64,000 bases of DNA from Macrostomum lignano (lineage: Eukaryota), in contig NIVC01003283.1 in NCBI GenBank assembly GCA_002269645.1, forward strand, positions 40,569 to 104,568, read 5' to 3'. Shown here piece after piece: positions 12,240-23,550 of this stretch. Position 1 is the stretch's first letter; each line of letters starts with the position of its first letter. A program made the translations under genes and the position numbers. The notes under the pieces were generated by a model, which was not told the origin of the DNA, searched no databases, and saw nothing but the letters and a program-made list of their open reading frames with translations.

Positions 12240-12892
12240 AGTGACATCACCTGGGGATGCGGGAGAGTCGGTGACATCACCTGAGGATTCGGGAGAGTCG
12301 GTGACATCACCTGGGGATGCGGGAGAGTCGGTGACATCACCTGGGGATGCGGGAGAGTCGGTGACATCACCTGGGGATGCGGGAGAGTCGGTGACATCAC
12401 CTGAGGATTCGGGAGAGTCGGTGACATCACCTGGGGATGCGGGAGAGTCGGTGACATCACCTGGGGATGCGGGAGAGTCGGTGACATCACCTGGGGATGC
12501 GGGAGAGTCGGTGACATCACCTGGGGATGCGGGAGAGTCGGTGACATCACCTGGGGATGCCGGAGAGTCGGTGACATCACCTGGGGATGCCGGAGAGTCG
12601 GTGACATCACCTGGGGATGCGGAGAATCGGTGACATCACCTGGGGATGCGGAGAGTCGGTGACATCACCTGGGGATGCGGGAGAATCGGTGACATCACCT
12701 GGGGATGCGGGAGAATCGGTGACATCACCTGGGGATGCCGGAGAGTCGGTGACATCACCTGGGGATGCGGGAGAATCGGTGACATCACCTGAGGATGCGG
12801 GAGAATCGGTGACATCACCTAAGGATGCGGGAGAATCGTTGACCTCTCCTGAGGATGCGGGAGAATCGGTGACATCACCTGGGGATGTGGGA
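12240..12892 (+). repeat. 30-bp minisatellite, about 21 copies, downstream of UBE2Q
   Basis: Unit gtgacatcacctggggatgcgggagagtcg. Confidence 0.97.
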
Positions 12893-13370
12893 GAATTGAT
12901 TGAATGATGAGACACTCAGCCAAAGCAAGCCGAGACACAAAGCCAAAGACAATGCGATTACTTATGAGTAGTAGCGAGAGAGAAAGTGTGCGAAAACTGA
13001 AAGACACCAAAAAAACAAAACAACACTTATAGCAACGTATAAAATTACATACTTAGACAGTGAGAGTAAATTTTCAAAGTTAAATAAACAATTTATTGTA
13101 TGTCGTTTTTCTGTGAGAGACAAAGAAGAAAACGTTTTAACTGACAAAAAAGCAGGCAGACAAAATTCATCAAATTTTTTTGACAGCGTGGTAACTTGGA
13201 TATAAATAAGCGAAATTATCTTGGGGGAAAAAGCACAAAAAAGCTGTTCTGCCACAAGGAGAGATCGGTAAGTCCGCTGAGTCTACAGTTTAGTGTCTTG
13301 CGATTCCTGCCCAACTCTTGGGAGGGGGGAGAGGGAGAATATCCCAATAAGCGATCAATCACTGATAGAG

Positions 13371-15474
13371 TTAGCCATCCTCCTTTGGCGGAGTGAACCA
13401 GCCTTTCTTCTCGTGAATGTGCACCAGCGCCCGGAAGCTGTGCTGCGCCCTGGCCAGGCTGTAGGCATTCTTACTAGCTGAGAACTGCACCCGGGCCTTG
13501 CCTTTGACCAGAGTGGCCGAGATCTGCAGCACCAGAGACTCCAGGCTGTAGGCGGACGACCAGCCCTGGGTAGCGGTTGGTGGGTGGCATAAGTAATAAG
13601 TAGCACGTGACCTTGAGATTGCGGCTTGTAGCCTACACTGGAGAGGGGAACTGATGACCCTGAGGGACCAGAGAGGGGAACTGATGACCCTGAGGGACCA
13701 GAGAGGGGAACTGATGACCCTGAGGGACCAGAGAGGGGAACTGATGACCCTGAGGGACCAGAGAGGGGAATGATGACCCACAGCAAGCATCAGAGGGGGG
13801 AACTGATGACCCACAGCAAGCATCAGAGGGGGGAACTGATGACCCACAGCAAGCATTAGAGGGGGGAACTGATGACCCACAGCAAGCATCAGAGGGGGGA
13901 CTGATGACCCACAGCAACCATCAGAGGGGGAACTGATGACCCACAGCAAGCATTACCCAGCCCTAACCTGCTTGGTGAGCAGCTCCATGCAGATAGCTCC
14001 GCCCTGCAGCACATAGCCGTTGGTAAGCACGGGATTAACAACACGCACAAAAGGCGGCTCGAATGGGAATGCGTCTTTAAAATAGAATCCCAGAGTAATC
14101 CGGCCAGCGTCTGAGTCGCCATTCCGGCTGAGCTGCTCTAAGTCGCGCTGCAGCGGACTGTCCGGGTCAACGCGCAACAGGTGCACATGCCATTCGTACA
14201 GGCTGTCGTTAACCAGCTCAACGGAGAACATGCCAGCCTTCAAACTGGACGATCTGGGATTTGGGTTTAATAGCGAGTGTGCAATGATTACAACACTGTT
14301 TATATATTCGCAAATTGATTCACTACTTACTACTAACGAGGTTTGGCAGTAGAGTTTTTCAGCGATAAAATCTAGAAACAGTGAAACTATTCTTAGAAAT
14401 CCGGAACACGGCTCTGACTTTCTAATCGTGAGGCATGTACACTCTTCGAGCACACAAGAGCCCGTGCACAGGATTCGAACCAGGGGCATTTTGGTGCGAA
14501 AGGGTCAGGCGCGTCAGCCTTGTGAGTAGCAAGGAGAGGCCTGAGTTCAAACGCTCGCAAGCGTCACAGTGAGAGACTCACCTGTACAGCTCCTTTAACT
14601 CCTTCATAAGCCGATCTGTGGCCTGCACGGAGCCAAAAGCCGGGGCCGCCTGTTTAGCGTAGGCCTCCCGTTGCGCAGTTTTCAATCTGCGCAGCGTTTC
14701 AATATGGGCGCGCGAATCGATGCCGGCAAACTCGCACGACAGGTCGGAGGTAGCGGCAGCGTCGGCCGAGGCGAAGGAGGCGTTGGCGGCGCCGGATGTT
14801 GAAGAGCAGCCGCTCGGCTCCGAGCCGGCGATGCCGGAAGCAGCGTCCGACATGTGCAGATCGTCCTCGTAGTCCTCGAAGCCGGTGTCCTCCTCGTCCG
14901 ACATGCTGCTGCCAGCGGCGCCGTCATCGTCCTGCAGGTTTAATAATAAACCAAATAGTGCTACTTATAGTAGGCTAATGCGGAATAGTCGGAGAAAATG
15001 AACCAGAGTGGCCAGTTGGCATCAATAAAAACTTGAAAATTTGATATTTTTCATGTTGCGTGTCGCGTTGAGGGTCAGATATAAGTTAAGCTAAGCTGGC
15101 CATGGTTAGTAGGCAGTTAAACAGCCTAGATTCACACATCAAGGAAGTCACAGTGTCGGCGAGTGATCAGTTGCAAAACTTCTATAGAAAATGAAAACCA
15201 ATACAATAAGGCTTACAGCATCATGATATTCTTCATCATCATCTGCAGCGGCGGCGGCAGCTGCCCCACTTGCTTGGCGGCGTGTGGCGGCAGACGAGAG
15301 ACGCAGCTGGGCAACCTCGGGCGGCACAGTCAGGCCGAAGGAGGCGCACAGGCGGTCCAACAGACTGCAGGTCTGGCAAACCAGATTGCAATTTCGCGGG
15401 TAGGCCTCCTGCAGTTCGGCCAGCCCTGACGTCACTTTCTGATTGTCGGAGTCTGAGAACCACAGCGCTGGCGT
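13371..15474 (-). CDS. UBE2Q: Ubiquitin-conjugating enzyme E2 Q family, 5'-partial. Exons 15474-15217, 14931-14582, 14253-13968, 13565-13371.
   Basis: [64 protein letters not shown]|GWSSAYSLE and the C-terminus [14 protein letters not shown] are typical of UBE2Q1/2. All four junctions are GT-AG and phase-consistent. The N-terminal exon was not found. Confidence 0.95.
13636..13950 (+). repeat. Compound 30-bp (x4) and about 33-bp (x6) minisatellite in the last UBE2Q intron
   Basis: Units gaggggaactgatgaccctgagggaccaga and gaggggggaactgatgacccacagcaagcatca. Confidence 0.95.
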
Positions 15475-17682
15475 CTGGGGATAATTTTCCTAAATAGTAG
15501 CGAAATAGAAATTAACAATTCCAATTACAATTCCAATTCCAATTTTTACCAATACAACAGATATGTTACCAATAGAAACAGCTGGGTGAATGTGAAAGCC
15601 ATGCATTTATGAACTATATTGTTCTATTGTCTAGAACATATTGCCAATGGCTATAGATCATACGTGAACAAGAATTAACCCTAAGCTAGAAGCGAGTCAT
15701 TATATATTTAACATTTATCAGTAAAAAAATTTTTGCTATATGATGAACAATATTGAACTTAGATAATTTGTCTTATGTTATTTTAATTTTGACAAATTTG
15801 TTGGCTTGTAGATTCAGGGCCAGCTCATTCTAATGCCTTCAAAACATTAAGACTTGAGTCCTAAGGAGTTGAATTAGAATCCTAGAATCCCAGAAATTTA
15901 TAATTCTGAAGAATAGGAATTTATAGAGGTCAAATACAATCAATTTTGGAATGAAATCCCAATTCTTGTTACAATCTTAGAATGTGGAATTAGGATCTTA
16001 TTTTTTATTAAATTGCAGCAAGCAAACCTTTTTGGCCCATAAGAAACCTTTGTAGTAAAACTTTGGCAATAGACCCACTTTAAGTAAATTCTTTTAAAAC
16101 ACTTTTAGAAACCCAAAATTTAAAAAATTGTTTTTTTGTGATTTGATTTTTACTTTTACTTTATGTGCATAGCCTACAAATATATAACACTTATAATTGA
16201 CATTTAATTTGTGCAAGATGCAATAAAATATTCATATAGTCCAACTTGCAACTATTAAAGAAGTTTGTATATAAGTAACTTTATTCTTAGCAATAAACAG
16301 TTATTTTTTTAATTTAATTCTGTTTTAGTTTTAGTTATAGGCACAATGATATATATTTAAAGATAAAGAATAGGGGATGGCTAATACCTAGCAAATCAAG
16401 AAAGGTCAAAAAAGGTCAAGAAAGGCAATTGTTATGGTAATTTATAGGCCTAGTATAGAGCAACATTTGATAATTAAAAAAGCAGAGTAGCTAATAGTTA
16501 TAACAAGTTCTAATATAATCTTGCCATCAATAGTTTTTTAGTTTAAAAATTGCTTATCAAACAACATGAAAATAAAGTCAAGAGTAGATAATTAATAAAA
16601 TAAAATTGTAGAATTAAGATAGTCCTAAAACTTGATGAAATAATGCATTAGAATTGATACTGCTGCCCATAGTCCAGATCATGGCAGGTGTACATCAGAA
16701 TAAAAATTCATGTTTTATTCAATTTTACTAGGATGTAGAATAAAAAATACAATATGTTCTTTGTTTTAATTTTGTTTTTCTTATAAATTGTGCTGATATT
16801 TTTTTTAGTTATCAACTATTTTAAAAAGAGCTTTTGTTGGTTGATATTTAACTGCACAATTACATTAGCCCTGAACTATTTTTAGTATGCCAACTATGTA
16901 CCTTTATGTTAAACCAAAAAATTCTATATACCAAGTGTACGCTAAGATTGTCAGCAAGAACAAAAATACATTTGGAATTTTCTGGTGTGAAGGCCACTTT
17001 CTAGACTATAGGTTGCTGCTAAGCTTAGCAGTTGTGAGAGAAGTTATCATATGTTATACAAATTTATAATTTTTTCATAAATAATTAACACTGAATTTTC
17101 TATATATATTTGGCAGCAAAGTAATTTATCGCTGAAGTGATATTAATAAAGTAATTATAATTCATTAGCAAGGCATCCTATAGCTATATATAGGCACCAT
17201 AGTCCAGATCATACTGGGTGCACACCTAAACAAAAATTGAATAATTACAAATGCATACTGAAAAAATTGAGTGCATGCCAATTCTTAAAAATATGCTGGT
17301 GTTGCAACAATAAATAACCTTTTTACATTGTGACAAAAATGTCCTTTTTTAAAATTGCATAAAGAACTTTTTCTAGCACTGCAAAGATTTGTTTAACTGA
17401 ATTTTTTTACTAAACTGTAGAAAACGAGTTCATTTTAACTATTTTTGTTTTACTTTTCATTTCTTGGAAAAGTTAAACCTGGTTTTTGAATTTAGTTTTC
17501 TGTTTTTTCATAAAAGGCTGGCTATTCTTTCTGATCAAAATTTAGCTACTGTAACTATGTACATGGAGACTATGCCAAATGCAAACTTAAACATTTTTGT
17601 ATGCTAATTTAATTGTGTACATTGATTGTTGGGACTCGGAACTTTTGGTCCCACCTGCTGGTCTTGGCAATCTCTATATGCC

Positions 17683-18758
17683 CCATACTCAGGAAGGTGG
17701 CCTGCACGCGGGAATTTTCCCGCGTGCACAAGCCACGCTAAAATTTTGGCGTGCAAAGTTGGCGTGCAAATAGGGGTCTCAAGCCACGCCTAAATTTTCA
17801 GCATACAAGTTTTTTACTTGGCATGTAACCTTGGCGTGCAATTACAAACTGACAGTATATCAACAAGTCAGATATAGATGTATACACTATATATATATAC
17901 AATATATAAAGTTAAACGTGAACAATTGAATTTGAATATTGATTAAACCAACTAGTTGAGGCTACAGCCAGGTCTACACTCTACAGCCTACATTAAAATT
18001 AAAATATCCAATAACTTTTAAACGCTCATATTTTGTGACTCTTGTAGACTTTTAGTTTATTTGTTTCTTGAAATTTGAAGAAAAAGTTTTTGATACTCAC
18101 TATGTTCTTTGTAGCGAATTTCCTTTTTTATATAAACTTTGTTTAACGTAAGTAGAAAATTTATTTAAAAATAGTATCTAATACGGTTAATATCTACCAT
18201 ATTTGAAAAATATTTCACGCTTTGAAATATCGTGCGCTTGCAAAATACTACATCTTTTAACAAAAAAACGCTCTTTCAAATACCTTAATAATTTTACAAA
18301 TATCGTAACTCGCATCGTAACTCATGTAAAAATTTAACCTTTTGAACAAATTTAACCTTTTGAACTTAATCGTAATTAAACAACTAATGCTAAAATATCT
18401 CAAATACACAGAAATATACTGGCCAAACAGGCTTCTTGCCTGAGCCAACTTACTACTACTACTACTACTAAAAAAACACTTGTCGAATCATCTTTTTAAA
18501 CTTCCATCTCGAAAATTTTTCCAAATACATTGCTCTATAATATATTGGCCAAACAGGCTAATTGCCTGAGCCAAATTCTTACTACTAATATTCAAATCAC
18601 ACGTACATGAGGTGTACATGATTTTTGGTATTCAAGATTTTTGGCGTGCAACAGAAATGTCATGTTAAGGGTTTTAAAAAATTGCCATACATTGGTGTGC
18701 ACCAAGGATTTTTCCATAAATTGATTCCCGCGTGCACTTGCCACCTTCCTGACTATGG
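17683..18758. mobile_element. 1076-bp non-autonomous TIR DNA transposon with 8-bp target-site duplication
   Basis: The left end ccatactcaggaaggtggcctgcacgcgggaat and the right end attcccgcgtgcacttgccaccttcctgactatgg form about 33-bp imperfect TIRs. TATATGCC flanks both sides (17675-17682 and 18759-18766). There are subterminal ttggcgtgca repeats and no transposase ORF. Confidence 0.9.
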
Positions 18759-21700
18759 TATATGCCAAGCGATATGCCAAGAGGGCATGCCAGGCTCCTT
18801 TGTATGCCAAGTTGTTTTTCTGTATTTAATTTTGTTTATGGTTTATGTGTCTGAATACTCTGGGACAATTCAAAACAATCTACACAGGAAGAAAACAATA
18901 TAATTAGTTTGATTTCTTTTCTTAAATATATTCTTTTGACAAAAATTTTTATATATATTACATAACATAAATCTTAACAAAATAACTACAACCGAATATT
19001 ATGAAATGCCTCTTATCGTTAAAATGACAATACTCATAAAATCTTTGATTCTTCATTGAAAATGATTCATTGAAAATGAAATGTCTATCACAATAGCAAC
19101 TTGTCACTGAAACAACTATTTGTCACCAAAATGTCTGTCACCAAAACGTCTTGTCACTGAAATGACTGGTACCCAGAGTGTGGTATAGGCAATATGCTAT
19201 CTAGAAAATTTCAATATATAGGCCTAAAAGCTTTAATTTTGATAATAAAATGTAGGATATGTATACAAGGTACATAAGGTAACCTATATAAGCTATTTGA
19301 AAACTTTTTGCAAACAGAAAAGATTGCAAAGAAAGTACAAGAAAATACAAAATACAAAGTTAAAGTCATAGGCCTAAAGAATTGATGTTTACTGGGATAT
19401 CAAAATAACAAATTGTTTAAATATCAGTTTTAATTACCATAATTGTTGCAGTTAGGTCAAATGACTTGTTATTGCACAAAAACTTGCAGTTGACTTCATC
19501 AAGGCTAGATGAGACAATTCGGAAAATATTGTGGGTTTTAGGAAATGTCTTTTTAAGACGCTCAAGATCTTCTTTTAAGTTTCTCAAGCTAGACATTCTA
19601 CTTCGTAGGCCAAATGCTTACTGATAAAAATAGTGTTAATGCTTTTTCTTCGCGCTTTATTGTGAGCGAAAAATGTAATCAAATAAACGTCAGTTCTTTA
19701 GATTAGATTAAAAACGGAAAGTAAGCTAATTGCCTTCGAATACCGATAGGCCTAGTTTATTGTGACATACGATTTCAGTTTGGGACTAATTCACTATTTT
19801 GTATTATCTGCTTGGTTAAAAAAACTAAGTCTAAACAACGGCTAAACAATATATTTATGATTTACAGCAAAGAGCTCGTATCATTATTTCATTTAATCAA
19901 TATTTCTGTGTTTCCGCTGCTTGCCTGTTGCTGAGTAAATTCTTTTCTCCGAACACAGTCATTCGAAAACAGAAGTATAAATACGCAGCTGACTTTTCAA
20001 GTTAAAACTTGTAAATTTATTTTTACATTTAAAAAAAGACTAATAACTTTTTTGCCTTTATTAATCAAATTCAGCTTTTTACTATGGTTTTATTTGTTTC
20101 TTGACTCACAAGTTTATGAAAAAAATTTAAGTTCACGAATATAACATTTTTCTTCGAATGTCGTTTGTCTCTCACCGTCACCGTCATCGTCATCGAGCTG
20201 TTTCGACATCATCTATGTTAGAATTTTAAGGGGAATAGAGGGGGGGCATTCCGTGAAGTTGTAAAGTATCAAGTTTTTTAACTTTGCGGCTTTGTATGGC
20301 CTGCGTATCGATAGTGTAAATTGGACATTCTTTAACATACTGAATCAGTGTGAATGCTCATTTTATTGTCTGGATGACTATATATATCCTCTGCTCTGTA
20401 TCCGCTGTAAATTAGGGTCAGTTACAGTACAGTACCAGTACTAATATCTATTGTATTTTTTACGACACGCATTTCAATATAAAGTTCCAAGCAGCACAGC
20501 TATAGTGAGTCAAAGTCCTAAGTATGGTTTATTTTGCAACCTAAGTTACTAAAGTTGAATCTAAAATTGGCTTGGCCTTAGTCAATTTTAAATATTATAT
20601 ACGATTAGTTTGTTTGATTTAGGTGCTAGGCCTAGACTTATGCTACTATTATGTAACAGGCGTGTTTCCTGTACGATATGAAATCCCACCATTAAGCCAC
20701 TAGCTATAACAGGCATGATTGCTCTCACTGAAATTATCCCACCATTGCAACCAGGCACCAGCTGTTGTAGGGCTACTTTTCTAATTCCTATTATTGAATA
20801 TCCTAAAGCTGCCACCAAAGTTTTCGAAGGGCTAAACTTGTCTTTATAAATTGTTCTAATGTTGGTAGCTGCCACCAAGACTAGAATATAGATTCTATTA
20901 ATAAATTATGAGTTTATTAAATAATCTTAGAATAAGTCTGAGAAAGGTTTCTTGGAATTAGGCCTAGTCTGAGTACATATCTTAGTAGTTGTCTAAGTAT
21001 ATATTTAATTCAGAATTTGTCTGAGTATATTGTTCTTAGAATACTATTTAGCCCTTGGCCCCTTACAAGTATTGTTCTTCTGTTATTCTAGTAGCATTTA
21101 CTATTATTCTAGTAGCGTTTACTGTTATTCTGGCCTGAGTGGTATATTGGCTTACTGGTATATTGCATGTACTTTCAAGTCCTAGGCATTACCAAGATCA
21201 GAGGGTCACAGCCTCCAGTTCATACATGCGCAACCCCCCTGATTTACACTGGCCATACACTGGCTATCCCGGGAACACCAGGACTGAGAGATATAATAGT
21301 AGACAGTGCCAATAGACTGCTCAGGCAAAAGGTACAGTACATGTACAACCGCTACCATTAGATAAGTATACGCTAGCAATAGAAGTGGACACTACCAGTA
21401 ATAATAGTACGTTTATGCAAAAGTACATTAAGTAGAAAGACAGAAAGTTCACCACTAGTATAACTTTGGTGGCATTTAGTGGGAATTTTCATAGAAAGCC
21501 AAAAGGCCTGTTACAACTTTAGTGACAGCTGTGGAATCATTTGTAGGGGCAGAAGTTAACCCCTAGCACAGTTTATGCCCAAAAATTTAGGCCTATATTG
21601 GCCTTGCATGCCAAAAGTAGAAATAAAAAAAGTATTTTTCTAAGTTTCAAACAAAGTAGCTAGTAGGTTCTTCGTTTTAATAAACTATTTATTTTTGAAA

Positions 21701-21892
21701 GTTAGTGATGGAGTCTGTAAATGCAAGGCAAAAAGCTAGATCTCAAAACTGTTTTTTCTTCATGTATGTATTGATGACACAGATGGTATTGGAAAATTTA
21801 CTCATTGTTTTTAATGTTACTCTTGTAGAATGATGTAATGGATATAATGTTGTTTTTTGGAAAATAAAAAAAGAATACACATGTAGTGCATA

Positions 21893-22157
21893 CATACATG
21901 CACAACAGTCGGCCAAGTCGGCCGATCCGGCCAACCGATTTGGCGGCCAACCAAGGAAGTTGCAAAAATGCCCACCCAAAAATACCAAAGTAGTAGTACT
22001 AAGTAGCTGACGAGGCATTTAGACTTAATTTTGTTTGCGTTAATTTTGCGTTAGGGTTTTTTAACATGTAAGTCGCATTTTTGGCCAAAAACTACGTCGC
22101 ATTTTTGTTAAAACTAAGTCGCATGGCCAACCGAATTTTGAAGGTTGCGCATATATG
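21893..22157 (+). mobile_element. MITE copy 1 (265 bp), CATACATGCGCAAC-type TIR, 8-bp TSD
   Basis: Ends are catacatgcacaac and gttgcgcatatatg. AGTGCATA occurs at 21885-21892 and 22158-22165. The body is homologous to 36552-36851 in inverted orientation. Confidence 0.92.
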
Positions 22158-22944
22158 AGTGCATATAGTTTAGAACTGCAAAAAAGGTCTTTTATTGTTG
22201 CAACGCCTCATGGGCCCTGCATATAAAGCATAACTGCTAGTTGCGCACTATGCACAACTTCTGTGGCAGCTGAAAAAATTTTCCTGCATGGCTGGTGAAT
22301 CCATAAGACTATGGGTCAATAAAATTGTACTTAATTGATAGAAAAATATTCAATATATATATTTAACAGTTAGGTCTATATACAAGTATAAAATCTTTTC
22401 TTTTATAGGGTTTATATAAAATAAGAATATAAGAATATAATGTTTCTAAATAAAGCAAATTTTATATTTTCCTATTCAATATTTTTTAGGTTTATCTAAT
22501 ATTGTTATTTATTAGCATCTTGGAATTTTTTATTTGAATTTCCAGATTTGCAATTTAGCAACCTACTTTGCTTTTCTGCTTTTAATGTTTACCCTATATG
22601 ACCTATTGACTTTTAACTTTGTTGTTTTTTTGTTAATAATACATTTTTTAGACTGTAAGTTTGATAAAATATGACAATATTTTAATAGTTAATATAATAA
22701 TTTTAAATGAAAAACTAAATGATTTCTCTGAATATTATTTGTTGACATTGAAAAGAAAAAATGATTAGGTCTAAGCTTGTTAGTCAGATATAAGAAGCTT
22801 GCTATTTATTAGTGACATACATCCCAACACCCATCCGACCTATCCAAACTAGATGGGTGAAATGGCCATTGGCAAAGGTAAGTTGCAAAATTTAAAATGC
22901 GAAAAACAAAAAATTAGGGAAGAAAGAAAGGAGAGGATGAGAAA

Positions 22945-23125
22945 NNNNNNNNNNNNNNNNNNNNNNNNNNNNNNNNNNNNNNNNNNNNNNNNNNNNNNNN
23001 NNNNNNNNNNNNNNNNNNNNNNNNNNNNNNNNNNNNNNNNNNNNNNNNNNNNNNNNNNNNNNNNNNNNNNNNNNNNNNNNNNNNNNNNNNNNNNNNNNNN
23101 NNNNNNNNNNNNNNNNNNNNNNNNN
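22945..23125. other. Assembly gap (181 N)
   Basis: Run of N. Confidence 1.
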
Positions 23126-23550
23126 TTGCTAATTGGTTCAGCTGAATGGTAGTGTGGAAAGGCGCGGTTGGAGGTTTAAGCTGGGGGTAAGAGCAATAAA
23201 TGAGTCTCAGCTTTAAAAGTACATGTTTCTGTTTAGCTTACTACTGAAGTGAAAGTAGCTTACACGCAAAGTGCTGAGTGGCTCATCTAGTTATTCTAGT
23301 GGCAAACTCCGGCCCGCCAATGTTTTTCTCTTCTCATCTCTCCCTCTCCATTCTCATCTATCTTATCTCCTATCCTCTCTCATTTCTCCTCTCTTATTTC
23401 TTTATCTGCCCTTGAAGTAAAAGAAGTTTTTCAACCACTGCACTAAAGACTAGCAGACAGGAACGAAACCCAACCAAAATTACAGCAGCTCCTTTGTATT
23501 TATTAATGTAAATCTAATTAATCTGTGTATTATAACAAATAATAACAAAG

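Noticed and set aside
12137-12915. Mucin-like ORFs (TSPGDAGESV)n and (VMSPTLPHPQ)n on both strands
   Set aside because: There is no signal peptide or splice context, a 1-bp slip near 12640 breaks the frame, and the frames are open on both strands only because the 30-bp unit lacks stops.
14400-14560. Reverse B box (ggattcgaacc, 14471-14481) in a UBE2Q intron
   Set aside because: Possibly an old SINE relic, but I could not support an A box, cloverleaf or tail.
20588-20878. ORF containing GCNGG (papain-like motif)
   Set aside because: No surrounding CGSCW or other cathepsin features, and the codon usage is AT-rich, unlike the real exons here.
23297-23440. hAT/Charlie-like ends (ggcaaactccggcccgc ... 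tttttcaaccactg)
   Set aside because: The ends are not mutually complementary enough and no TSD was found.
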